64,000 bases of DNA from Minisyncoccota bacterium (GTDB lineage: Bacteria; Patescibacteriota; Minisyncoccia; Phycocordibacterales; PALSA-1337): contig JBAZBL010000002.1 of the NCBI GenBank assembly GCA_041671485.1, positions 9,320 through 73,319 of the forward strand. The letters are read 5' to 3'. How positions within the stretch are numbered: position 1 is the first letter of the stretch; each line of letters begins with the position of its first letter. The notes beneath the pieces are model-generated. The model was given only the letters and a program-made list of their open reading frames with translations, did no database searches and was not told the DNA's origin. Positions 9,097 through 18,348 of the stretch are shown piece after piece. A program made the translations under genes and the position numbers.

Positions 9097-9492
9097 ATGA
9101 ATAAAGAGCCACATATATCGAATATCGAGAAATTAACAGTAGAAAATGACTATTTCCGCCAAGTGATCTATACAGCTCCGCATAGCCAACTTGTCTTAAT
9201 GTCTCTTTTGCCCGGTGAAGAGATAGGATCTGAAACACATCTGAAAGTCGATCAATTCTTCCGTTTCGAGAAAGGGGAGGGTAAAGCTATAGTAAATGGT
9301 GTCGAATACAAAGTCGAAGATGGTATAGCGCTTCTGGTTCCTGCAGGATCCGAGCACAATATCATAAATACTGGTAATGAAGCACTCAAATTGTATACAG
9401 TGTATTCTCCAGCAAATCACATAGATGGACGCATCCACAAGACCAAAGATGAAGCTTTACAGGATATTGAAGATGAAAAGTTTGGGGAGTAA
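9097..9492 (+). CDS. Cupin-domain protein
   Basis: 131 aa with cupin-2-like motifs (G-x5-H-xH...E...G...P-x-G-x2-H-x3-N). Confidence 0.6.
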   Translation: MNKEPHISNIEKLTVENDYFRQVIYTAPHSQLVLMSLLPGEEIGSETHLKVDQFFRFEKGEGKAIVNGVEYKVEDGIALLVPAGSEHNIINTGNEALKLYTVYSPANHIDGRIHKTKDEALQDIEDEKFGE

Positions 9493-9567
9493 ATCTTGAT
9501 ATTAAAAGACTCCAGTACATGTGGTACTGGAGGTAATCTGACATGTAGTTAGTAGAGGATGTGCTCT

Positions 9568-10242
9568 CTAGATCACTCCACTGACGATCTCTTTGATCCC
9601 AGATAGGAGGTCATATTGACCTACAAATTCATGGAACGATCCAGGTCTCTGATTTGCAAAGCTGATTGCAGCTTTCATTGCTTCTGGGTAGCGTCGAGCA
9701 GGTTTGGTCTGGCAATTCGGCTGTTGGTCTTTGGACTTGTTTCTCGTATCAGATGATAGCCTTTCCTGCATGCTTTCCCAGAACATGTGTTCTGCTTCTT
9801 CTGCCACGTATAGGAGACGCACATTCACAAACTCCTTCAGGAACATATGAACTTGGTCTTTGTGTAGTGGCAATCCAAAAGCGATGATATGATTGTAATC
9901 ACCAACATCTTTCCTTGTAACATGGCGAACAAACTTGACAAAAGCAGTTGCAACCAACCTGACAGGCAATGTATCGCTACTTCTGTGATGATCTGAGATT
10001 TTCAAGATCTTAACCCCCGTTGGTGTTTCCGCATGAAGATTCCATGATACAGCATGCCCCAAACTGGTGATAAGAGTGCCGTTGCGATCAAAATCATTCT
10101 GGACTGATTCCACCATTGATTTGATCAGAAAGCCACTTTCTGAATTGTTTGTTGATGCCGTTATGAATGTTACTGGAATCGTCAACTTTCCTGTCTGTTT
10201 TGCTTGCTCCGAATGTCTCTTTTGCAACATAATGTGCTCCAA
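9568..10242 (-). CDS. Hypothetical protein (224 aa)
   Basis: ORF in a slightly higher-GC segment. No family recognised. Confidence 0.35.
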   Translation of the reverse strand: MEHIMLQKRHSEQAKQTGKLTIPVTFITASTNNSESGFLIKSMVESVQNDFDRNGTLITSLGHAVSWNLHAETPTGVKILKISDHHRSSDTLPVRLVATAFVKFVRHVTRKDVGDYNHIIAFGLPLHKDQVHMFLKEFVNVRLLYVAEEAEHMFWESMQERLSSDTRNKSKDQQPNCQTKPARRYPEAMKAAISFANQRPGSFHEFVGQYDLLSGIKEIVSGVI

Positions 10243-10393
10243 TCTGTTTTTTTGTCGAGATTCCTCCTAATCCATTATTTAGAAAGAACCATTACTAGTC
10301 AAAGACGATATCATACTTTTTGAATATTAGCAAGCGAAAACTATAAGGATTAATATTGATGAGCTCAAGGTAATTCTTCGATTATTTTAGATT

Positions 10394-10589
10394 TTAAGAA
10401 AACAATATGTTATTTCATGTCCGAGGACTGTCTGAACGAGTATAAATTTCTTGGTAAAATGCGTAGGTTGTGGGAATTGCTACGAAACTGAGGCATGTAA
10501 TGCCGAAGTATCGAGCAATTCAATAGCATTTTACCTAGAAATTTACCGAGTGAGTTCCGCAGGACATGAAATAACATATTGTTTTCTTA
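10394..10589. repeat. Long imperfect palindrome / MITE-like element (~196 nt)
   Basis: Perfect 29-nt terminal inverted repeats (ttaagaaaacaatatgttatttcatgtcc at 10394-10422; its reverse complement at 10561-10589). Internal nested inverted repeats include ggtaaaatgc/gcattttacc. Confidence 0.6.
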
Positions 10590-10681
10590 AAGCATAGATT
10601 TTATCATTTCTTCAGCGAAATTTTATCAAAATTTTAGGAGAATTTTATCAGGATTTTATCTCTCTCTGATACGATGCTCGT

Positions 10682-11818
10682 ATGATTACGATAAAAGACT
10701 TGTCACTACAGAAGATAACATCTTTTCCAATGATGCCAGGAACAGCGTTTGAAGCTATAGATGATATTCTATGGTATGCAACTTCTATGAAAGCATCAGA
10801 TATCCATATAGATCCACGCATTTCTGACATACTAATAAGATTGCGAATAGATGGTCATATAGAAGAAGTAGGAATTTGGGAAAAAAGATTGCATGAAGAA
10901 ATTATTGCCAGATTGAAGATATTGGCTTGTGTAAGGACAGATCTTCATGCAGTACCACAAGACGGTAGATGGAAAGCATCAATTCGAAATGAAGAATTCA
11001 ATATACGAGTTTCATTTATGCTCACTTATCATGGTGAAAATGCTGTTATACGTCTACTACCAGCACGAGTGCCAAAACATATTTCTTTTTCCAAATTGGG
11101 ATTTACACCAGACCATGTAAGGATGATAGACCATGCTCTGAAGCGACCAAATGGCCTCATCCTTGCTACTGGTCCAACAGGTTGTGGCAAAACCACCACT
11201 CTCCATACTTGTCTATCATTCAAGGCCAGAGAACCACTATCTATCATCACTCTCGAAGATCCAGTCGAATATGAGATAGATGGTGTGAGACAAGTACATA
11301 TCAAACACAATCTAGGCATCACTTTTCCTATAGGACTTCGTGCTGCATTACGCCAAGATCCAGATGTCATCATGGTTGGAGAGATAAGAGACAATGAAAC
11401 TGCTAGAGTTGCAATCCATACAGCTCTCACTGGACATTTGGTATTTTCTACGCTTCATACAAATTCCGCACTCGAATCCATATTGCGTTTGGTTGATATG
11501 AATGTCGATAACTATCTTCTCGCTTCTACTTTGCGATTGGTCATTTCACAAAGATTGGTCAGAAATATCTGTCATGAATGTTCGCTAGCAGGATGTAGCA
11601 GTTGTAGAGGAACTGGATATGTAGGTAGATCTGTCATAGCCGAAGTGTGTGAGATTGATTCAGGATTGTCTCAATTGATTGCAAATAAAGAAGCACCGTC
11701 TGTGATTCGAGACTATGTGATATCAAAAGGATTTAGACCAATAAGTGAAGATGGAGCCGAAAAAGTCGAATGGGGAGTAACTACAAAAGAAGAGATTCTG
11801 CGCGTCTTGGCCGAATAA
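10682..11818 (+). CDS. pilB: Type IV pilus / type II secretion assembly ATPase (PilB/GspE family)
   Basis: Walker A GPTGCGKTTT, Asp box ITLEDPVEY, VGEIRD, His box TLHTN, and the tetracysteine motif CHEC...CSSC. Confidence 0.85.
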   Translation: MITIKDLSLQKITSFPMMPGTAFEAIDDILWYATSMKASDIHIDPRISDILIRLRIDGHIEEVGIWEKRLHEEIIARLKILACVRTDLHAVPQDGRWKASIRNEEFNIRVSFMLTYHGENAVIRLLPARVPKHISFSKLGFTPDHVRMIDHALKRPNGLILATGPTGCGKTTTLHTCLSFKAREPLSIITLEDPVEYEIDGVRQVHIKHNLGITFPIGLRAALRQDPDVIMVGEIRDNETARVAIHTALTGHLVFSTLHTNSALESILRLVDMNVDNYLLASTLRLVISQRLVRNICHECSLAGCSSCRGTGYVGRSVIAEVCEIDSGLSQLIANKEAPSVIRDYVISKGFRPISEDGAEKVEWGVTTKEEILRVLAE

Positions 11819-11840
11819 TAAGATCAAACTGAATATCAAT

Positions 11841-12902
11841 GTGATAAAAAATATATTTCAAAAAAGAAAATGGAAAAGGCGCGAACTTATTTTATTTCTA
11901 GAAAGACTAGAATTGTATATTTCTTCTGGTTTACCACTCGACATGTGTCTCCAAATCTCAAGTGATGGTGTTACAAAGAGACAAAAGAAAATAGTTCTTG
12001 ATATTAGGTCTGCAGTTCTCTTGGGAAGTCAATTATCGAAAGCAATGGTTGTAAATATGAATTTATCAAATACAATTGCTGGTCTTATAAGGCACGGTGA
12101 GACTTCTGGTCAACTAGGAAAAGCGCTTGTTTATGCAAAAGAACTCTTGGAAAGGGAAGAAGATCTAATAAAAAAATGTATCTCTGCACTTATTTATCCT
12201 ACTGTGATAGGAATATTTGCAATAATCCTCACATTTGCACTTGTGAAAGGCGTTATGCCACAGATCATCCCTATGCTTCGTAGTCTGAATGTACAATTGC
12301 TACTCATTACTAGAATTATTATGTTCATATCAGAGAATCTAATGAAATATAGTATTCATTTGATAGTCTTTGGTATTTTATCGACAGTAGGCCTTTTGAT
12401 TTTATATAAAAAGGTTGAGACTTTTCGGAATAAATGTCAGTCTTTTATTTCAAGATTGCCTATTATAGGTCGTTTGATAAATCTGTATTATATATCTCTA
12501 TTTACCCAATCACTCGGTTCACTCATAGAATCTGGTACATCACTTACGATTGCTTATTCAAATACAGTCTCTTCTTTGTCTTTTGCTCCAATAAAGCTTT
12601 TATGTAAAAAACAAGAAGATAATGTAAAAAATGGTTATTCACTAGGTTTAGTTTTTGCAAAAATTCATAGATTGCCACCATATATTGCACCACTTATATC
12701 TGCAGGCGAAATGGCTGGTACTCTCGGTAATTCTCTCATCCGCACAGCAAAGATTGCTGATAGTGATCTAGAATACTCTCTCAAGAAGATTACCTCTCTC
12801 ATAGAGCCAGTAATGATGGCTGGTATGGGACTTGTAGTTGGAGCGATCGCACTTTCTATAGTTTTACCAATATATGATGTATCAAAAGTTCTACAACAGT
12901 GA
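11841..12902 (+). CDS. pilC: Type IV pilus platform protein (PilC/GspF family)
   Basis: 353-aa polytopic membrane protein with GspF-like repeats. Immediately downstream of pilB. Confidence 0.75.
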   Translation: MIKNIFQKRKWKRRELILFLERLELYISSGLPLDMCLQISSDGVTKRQKKIVLDIRSAVLLGSQLSKAMVVNMNLSNTIAGLIRHGETSGQLGKALVYAKELLEREEDLIKKCISALIYPTVIGIFAIILTFALVKGVMPQIIPMLRSLNVQLLLITRIIMFISENLMKYSIHLIVFGILSTVGLLILYKKVETFRNKCQSFISRLPIIGRLINLYYISLFTQSLGSLIESGTSLTIAYSNTVSSLSFAPIKLLCKKQEDNVKNGYSLGLVFAKIHRLPPYIAPLISAGEMAGTLGNSLIRTAKIADSDLEYSLKKITSLIEPVMMAGMGLVVGAIALSIVLPIYDVSKVLQQ

Positions 12903-14287
12903 TTACAAATATTTCCAAAAACAAAGGAATATTACTCATTGATATTATGATTGCTCTTTCTTTGTCACTTCTATTTATTGTTGCAATTACCGAATCGTCT
13001 CTTATTGGTCGAAAAGTTTTTGATGGAGCAAAAAATAGGAATGATCTATTGGATGCATTCTCAGGAATTGTTTCAACTACGACTATTGATATAGTTAGTT
13101 TTTCAAGACCTTTTGGTAATGATCGAATAGAGATCATTACAAAGATAAAGAGTTTCTATGATGAGGTTACATTTCATGAAGTAATTTCATCAAATTCTAC
13201 TATCAATGCGAGTACACCTATTTGTTCTCCATTTTTTGCAAATAAAAATGTTATTGGTAATTATCAATATATAAAAGAATTTGATTCGAATAATATTGCT
13301 GACGTAGATTCAATTGAAATAAAACAAATAACATTACCAATAGATCCACTCTTACTACTCACAGATATTGAAGTTAGGAATAATATAGCATATGTCTCAA
13401 CAGATTCTGCTAGAGCATCTGATCCTGATATATTGATATTTGATATCCATGAAGTACAAAATCCAATACTTCTTTCATCTGTAAACACTGGTCCTGGAAT
13501 AGCTTCGGTATCTATCTTTGGTAATAAAATATATGGATCGGCAAGTAGTCGCATTGGACAATTACACATTATCAAATTGAATAGTCCAAATGATATATCT
13601 CTTATCAATAAATTTCGTTTGCCTCTACCATATGCAACAGCAACGGCACCACTTGGTAGTTCTGTATTCTACGATAATAATTTTGTATATCTTGGCACAG
13701 ATAAATGGGATGGCAGTGAATTGTCTATTATAGATATTGACGATCCGATGAATCCAGAAGTAGTTGGCAATTTTGAAACTGGAAGTAAGATAAATGATAT
13801 ATTTGTCCACAATAATATTGCTTATATTGTTGCTTCAGATCAGAATCAACTCCGTACTATTCACGTATTCGATCATTCAAATCCTTTATTAATAAGTTCA
13901 TTTTCTCCTACAGGTTGGCAGAGGCAAGAAGGTAAAAGTATTTCTATATTTGAAGATGGTTTGTCACTCGGACGTACTCCTGGTGGTTTCAATATTATTC
14001 AGGATCATGAAATATTCCATTGGGCTAGCACTTCAAATGGAGTACTAAATAATATGACTTCAAAAGATATTTCTGGTGGTGTATATGGCATTGTTCTCGA
14101 TAAAAACAATATTTATTTTATTACTAGAACAATTGATAAAGAGTTGATAATAGGAAACAATGATCTATCTTCTCTAGAATATAAATATTATTCACTACCT
14201 ATAGCTCCAAAAACTATTACATGTGATAGTGATCGACTTTACATTCTCGCCAATTCGGCGCCAATCATATATGAAATCACTTTCTAA
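12899..14287 (+). CDS. Pilin-like N-terminus fused to an LVIVD-type beta-propeller repeat domain (candidate minor pilin / tip adhesin)
   Basis: N-terminal KNKG/ILLIDIMIALSL resembles a prepilin cleavage site followed by a hydrophobic helix. At least four repeats of the form NIAYV..D....I.D...P..v follow. Start overlaps the pilC stop. Confidence 0.5.
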   Translation: MITNISKNKGILLIDIMIALSLSLLFIVAITESSLIGRKVFDGAKNRNDLLDAFSGIVSTTTIDIVSFSRPFGNDRIEIITKIKSFYDEVTFHEVISSNSTINASTPICSPFFANKNVIGNYQYIKEFDSNNIADVDSIEIKQITLPIDPLLLLTDIEVRNNIAYVSTDSARASDPDILIFDIHEVQNPILLSSVNTGPGIASVSIFGNKIYGSASSRIGQLHIIKLNSPNDISLINKFRLPLPYATATAPLGSSVFYDNNFVYLGTDKWDGSELSIIDIDDPMNPEVVGNFETGSKINDIFVHNNIAYIVASDQNQLRTIHVFDHSNPLLISSFSPTGWQRQEGKSISIFEDGLSLGRTPGGFNIIQDHEIFHWASTSNGVLNNMTSKDISGGVYGIVLDKNNIYFITRTIDKELIIGNNDLSSLEYKYYSLPIAPKTITCDSDRLYILANSAPIIYEITF

Positions 14288-14459
14288 ATACATAAAGACT
14301 CATTCATATTGCCAAAATAAAGGCATGACACTTATTGAAGTCATATTATATTCAATGCTTCTGTCTATGTTATTGGCCGGATTTATAAAATATGTCTATG
14401 ATATTCATTCAAATGAAATCAAACTCGATCTTGATATCAAAGATGCGCAGTTCAGATAA
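14271..14459 (+). CDS. Type IV prepilin-like small protein (leader ending KG / MTLIEV)
   Basis: Classic G/MTLIE prepilin peptidase site followed by a hydrophobic helix. An alternative longer ORF starts at 14223. Confidence 0.5.
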   Translation: MKSLSKYIKTHSYCQNKGMTLIEVILYSMLLSMLLAGFIKYVYDIHSNEIKLDLDIKDAQFR

Positions 14460-14462
14460 AAT

Positions 14463-14816
14463 ATGAAAGAGAATCCAAATAAATACAGTCAAGGTTTTAT
14501 AGCACTTATTGCTGTTATTCTACTTGCATTTGGGACAACTGCATTTTCTCTCGCAACACTTTCATCTGCTTTCTCTTATGCTGATACTGTAGCAAAAATG
14601 GAAATTCGTATTCAGGCACGTCTCAATCTGAACGCCTGTTTGGATACTTTGACCCTCATGATTTCTAGAGACTATTTCCTGAATGGTAATGTGACAATCC
14701 GAGAATTTGCCTGCGAAGCAAAAATATCAAATGATTTTGTAAATCCAATCCTACTAGAAGTGAAAACGATGCTGAATGAGGTTTCTGTTTATGATAGTCG
14801 TATTATTTACAGATAA
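14463..14816 (+). CDS. Pseudopilin-like protein (QG/FIALIAVILLAF N-terminus)
   Basis: Pilin-like N-terminal hydrophobic segment. Located within the pilus cluster. Confidence 0.45.
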   Translation: MKENPNKYSQGFIALIAVILLAFGTTAFSLATLSSAFSYADTVAKMEIRIQARLNLNACLDTLTLMISRDYFLNGNVTIREFACEAKISNDFVNPILLEVKTMLNEVSVYDSRIIYR

Positions 14817-14879
14817 GAAAAATCTCATTGACATTCTTTTTCAAAAGACTATCCTTAGAGGTCAGAAGGAGATAGAACA

Positions 14880-15212
14880 ATGAATGAAAAAAATCAATGC
14901 ACATGGTTTATTGACCCCATGGGTGATACCCATGTGAATCGGGTACTTGCGGGTAACTCGGATCCAGAAGATGAATGCTTTGGCCAGCTCTGTTCTGATG
15001 GATTGAAACGAAATCTATGGCGTTGTAGTCATGACCTGATCACACGCCTCAACAGAGCAGCAACAGAGAACAAAATGCATTTTCGGATCTATCGGAAACG
15101 TGGTAACAATGGTGAGATCGAACCGTGGAGATTTGAGACACTTCCACATCCAGTGGTGCCGAGAAGGAATGAATCAATCTTCACACTGATTCTTACCAGC
15201 CAACCAATATGA
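14880..15212 (+). CDS. Hypothetical protein (110 aa)
   Basis: ORF with higher GC, followed by a terminator. No family recognised. Confidence 0.3.
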   Translation: MNEKNQCTWFIDPMGDTHVNRVLAGNSDPEDECFGQLCSDGLKRNLWRCSHDLITRLNRAATENKMHFRIYRKRGNNGEIEPWRFETLPHPVVPRRNESIFTLILTSQPI

Positions 15213-15213
15213 T

Positions 15214-15259
15214 CCATACAAAGCCGTACATCTAGACCTCCTTCGGGAGATCCGGATGT
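15214..15259 (+). terminator. Rho-independent terminator (likely bidirectional)
   Basis: ccgtacatctagacctcc-ttcg-ggagatccggatgtacgg followed by TTTTTT. Confidence 0.55.
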
Positions 15260-15284
15260 ACGGTTTTTTAAAGATATTTATAAT

Positions 15285-15503
15285 TTATTTTTCAGAAAAC
15301 TTATTACGAGATATTTTCGATTGTTTCACAATTGCGAGAAATGTCCCTATTGGAATCACTTTGTTACTACCATGACAAGGAACTGGTACAGATACTCCGG
15401 TTTCTTCATTATAAAAAATATGGTGACTGCCTTTCTGACGAGATAGAACGAATCCATTCATTTCAAGAATGGTGATAATTCGCTTAGCAGTTAGCGGTCG
15501 CAT
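15285..15503 (-). CDS. hicA: HicA-family mRNA interferase toxin
   Basis: LTAKRIITILEMNGFVLSRQKGSHHIF...PIGTFLAIVKQ matches the HicA signature (KGSHH). Start taken at an internal Met of the 87-aa ORF. Confidence 0.6.
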   Translation of the reverse strand: MRPLTAKRIITILEMNGFVLSRQKGSHHIFYNEETGVSVPVPCHGSNKVIPIGTFLAIVKQSKISRNKFSEK

Positions 15504-15771
15504 ATGAAGTTTTTGTCCGGCGGGGTATAGGAGATAAATTTCTCCCAATTACATATTCAATAGACACAGACATTATTTTTTGTCCGTGTTCCGTAAGTTC
15601 TTCAATCCATAACTGAAGAACCTCCTTGGCTTTTCTTTTTGCCTCTGCGAAAGTTCTGCCGAAAGTGACGCAACCTGGAAAGTCAGGAAAAGAGACTTCG
15701 TAACAACCTTTTTTATACGGTTTGAAAATGGCATTATAAGTCATAGTTGTTTTTGGTCCAATTAATTTCAT
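15484..15771 (-). CDS. hicB: HicB-family antitoxin (N-terminal UPF0150-like domain)
   Basis: YEVSFPDFPGCVTFGRTFAEAKRKAKEVLQLWIEEL is typical of HicB. Overlaps the hicA start by about 20 nt. Confidence 0.5.
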   Translation of the reverse strand: MKLIGPKTTMTYNAIFKPYKKGCYEVSFPDFPGCVTFGRTFAEAKRKAKEVLQLWIEELTEHGQKIMSVSIEYVIGRNLSPIPRRTKTSYATANC

Positions 15772-16034
15772 AGATTAATTCTACCTTGGATATTTCAAAA
15801 AAGTCAAGGTTCTGATACATATCCAAGAAAATAATAAGCTTCAACAATATGGTACTTGTCTTTGAGGTATATGCGCATTTTTTTCAGATCTACTTTCCAG
15901 TTATCTTGAGTGGTCCCAAGATGCAGATCTTGACCATTTATAAATACAATGTCTGATACTTTTACTTTATCAATAAGAACATTATTGCATGAGAACCAAG
16001 AGCGGGATTGCTAACCAATCAGTCCTAGTTATTT

Positions 16035-16727
16035 CTATGACAAAAACGGATTGTAGCTGATACTTCGATCATACACATCAATACCCTCCGCTTTTTTGAG
16101 TCTATTCACAATCACATATGTAACCGGTGTAAGAATTACCTCATAGACAACTTTTGCAATGTAACCTGATAAGATAAGTATTAGGAGACTTGAGAAAGGT
16201 ATAGTTCCGGCAAATGCAATAATGCCAAAAATAAGGCTATCTACTCCTTCACCCACAATTGTTGATCCAATAGTCCTCATCCATAGATGTTTACCATTGC
16301 TCCAAATCTTCATTCTTGAAAGGACATAGGAGTTACTAAATTCTCCTACAAAATAGGCGATGATTGATCCGAATACAATTCTTGGCACTGTTCCCAAAAT
16401 CATTTCATATGCAGTCTGATTTTGCCAAAACGCTGGAGCTGGAAGTGCTTGAACTAGCCAATAACAAAGAGCCATGAAAACTAGTGCAACAAATCCTGAC
16501 CAGATTATTTTTCGAGAAGCCTTATATCCGTAGACCTCGGTTAAAATATCACCGAAAATATAACTAATCGGAAAGATAAATATTGCACCAGCAAACACAA
16601 ACGGTCCTATCTGCACAAGTTTTACAGCAACAGTATTTGAAATCATAAGAACGACGACAAACAAAATTGCTATGTAAATAAAGTACTTGCTATTGCGAGA
16701 AATGTCTGTATGTGGTTCCGTTTTCAT
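16035..16727 (-). CDS. Queuosine-precursor transporter family membrane protein (YhhQ/DUF165-like)
   Basis: Polytopic protein with the FPISYIFGDILTEVYGYK motif characteristic of the YhhQ/VUT family. Confidence 0.6.
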   Translation of the reverse strand: MKTEPHTDISRNSKYFIYIAILFVVVLMISNTVAVKLVQIGPFVFAGAIFIFPISYIFGDILTEVYGYKASRKIIWSGFVALVFMALCYWLVQALPAPAFWQNQTAYEMILGTVPRIVFGSIIAYFVGEFSNSYVLSRMKIWSNGKHLWMRTIGSTIVGEGVDSLIFGIIAFAGTIPFSSLLILILSGYIAKVVYEVILTPVTYVIVNRLKKAEGIDVYDRSISYNPFLS

Positions 16728-16790
16728 ATTTTTTGTATAATTTTGTATAATGACTATATGGTACAATAAGATTAGCCTTTTTACAAAATA

Positions 16791-17507
16791 ATGACTTTAA
16801 ACAATTATGATAAATTGGCGGCGACTTACAAAAAATCAGATATCAAGCCTGATAAGCAATTTTCTATTCTCCCCACAGTATTAGGCATAATCGGCTACCC
16901 ATGCGGTAAAGTCATTTTAGATCTTGGTTGTGGTGATGGATTTTTCACTCATGCACTAGCTTCTCTCGGAGCAAGGCATGTTATAGGGATTGATAATTCA
17001 AAAGAACAAATAAGGCTGGCAAATGCTAACCCTAGCGAACATGTCACCTTTCAATACGGAGATATATTCAAAGACATGTTATCACCAGCTGATATTATCC
17101 TTTCACCGTTTGTGGTTAATTATGCCAATTCTGTACAGGATATCGAATTTCTGTTCGGAAATATCATGCGCGTTTTGTCTGAAAGAGGAAAGGTAATACT
17201 AGTTGTCGATTTACCAAAAGGCGAAAATCTGAAAAAATTCGGAAGCGTAAAAATACTACAAGGACCACCAATAGATGGTACAAAAATCAAGATCGATTTA
17301 TATAATTCCGATGAATTGATTTGTACTCTCTTCTCACATTACTTTACACCAGCTACTTTAGAAAACGCCCTGAAAAAAGTTGGATTCAAAAATATTATTT
17401 GGCATAAGACAATCATTTCGGAAGAAGGTATAGAAAAATTTGGAATAGAATTCTGGAAAGACTACTGTGATAATTCTGAACTTGGATATGTAAGTGCTGA
17501 GAACTAG
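16791..17507 (+). CDS. Class I SAM-dependent methyltransferase
   Basis: Motif I VILDLGCGDGFFT. Confidence 0.6.
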   Translation: MTLNNYDKLAATYKKSDIKPDKQFSILPTVLGIIGYPCGKVILDLGCGDGFFTHALASLGARHVIGIDNSKEQIRLANANPSEHVTFQYGDIFKDMLSPADIILSPFVVNYANSVQDIEFLFGNIMRVLSERGKVILVVDLPKGENLKKFGSVKILQGPPIDGTKIKIDLYNSDELICTLFSHYFTPATLENALKKVGFKNIIWHKTIISEEGIEKFGIEFWKDYCDNSELGYVSAEN

Positions 17508-17512
17508 TTTTC

Positions 17513-18190
17513 CTACACTGTATTAGGTTTGATTCTGTACATTCTCCATAGATGTCCTATGTCTTCGATTTCAATAAATCTTTCAATTTTATACCCATAT
17601 TTTGAAACCATCTTTTCAAACTTTTCAAAATCACTTGTACCCTTGAAATTAATATGAGTCATAATTATGATGCCAGTACTGGTCAAATGCTTTCCAACCT
17701 CAGCAAAAAATCGCCTATGAAGTCTATATTCTGGATCATACAAAGATGACTCAACAATTCCTTCAATAGGATAATCAGTAATCGGTAAATTGGCTATTAC
17801 TATGTCGAATTTTTCATCTAGTTTTAGAGCCGAAAATAGATCACTTTGCAAAATAGTCGCCTCAGATTTAACACAATTCAATTCGATATTTTCTTTAGCA
17901 CACGAGACTGCTTCTGGATTTATATCTAAACCAACAGCTTTACGCGCCCCCCTTATAACAGCCTGAATCGTTTGGACACCGGTACCAGTTCCGACATCGA
18001 GAACCGCCAATCCTTTAAGGTCACCAAAAATTATATGGAGCTTTTCCGATGTTCTAGAGAAATTACTTCTCGGTGGAAAAACATTCTTGCAAGTTTTTAT
18101 CTTAACCCCATCGATGTCAACAATCTCACTTTTCTGATTTTTTATTTCTTTAAGAAATTTTTGGCTTAATTCTGGATTTATTTTTTTCAT
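17513..18190 (-). CDS. SAM-dependent methyltransferase (small-domain MTS/HemK-like)
   Basis: VLDVGTGTGVQTI motif I. FDIVIANLPI resembles the N/D-PP-Y/F motif of N-methyltransferases. Confidence 0.55.
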   Translation of the reverse strand: MKKINPELSQKFLKEIKNQKSEIVDIDGVKIKTCKNVFPPRSNFSRTSEKLHIIFGDLKGLAVLDVGTGTGVQTIQAVIRGARKAVGLDINPEAVSCAKENIELNCVKSEATILQSDLFSALKLDEKFDIVIANLPITDYPIEGIVESSLYDPEYRLHRRFFAEVGKHLTSTGIIIMTHINFKGTSDFEKFEKMVSKYGYKIERFIEIEDIGHLWRMYRIKPNTV

Positions 18191-18348
18191 AAGATTTTTA
18201 CTAATCTTTACGGAATTCTACCATGATAAATATAATATATCATAACTTATTTGCCCCAAGTAAAATATATTATTTCATTAACATTCTTGCTCAAAAAGCT
18301 ATCTTTAATAGTTAGAAGGAGATGAAATGATGAAAATAGAGATATTTA

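Noticed and set aside
9568-10242. Possible link between the 224-aa hypothetical gene and the adjacent long palindrome as a transposase plus terminal inverted repeats
   Set aside because: The protein shows no transposase motifs (no DDE/HUH/Ser-Tyr recombinase signatures seen), and the palindrome is a single hairpin-type inverted repeat, not flanking the gene.
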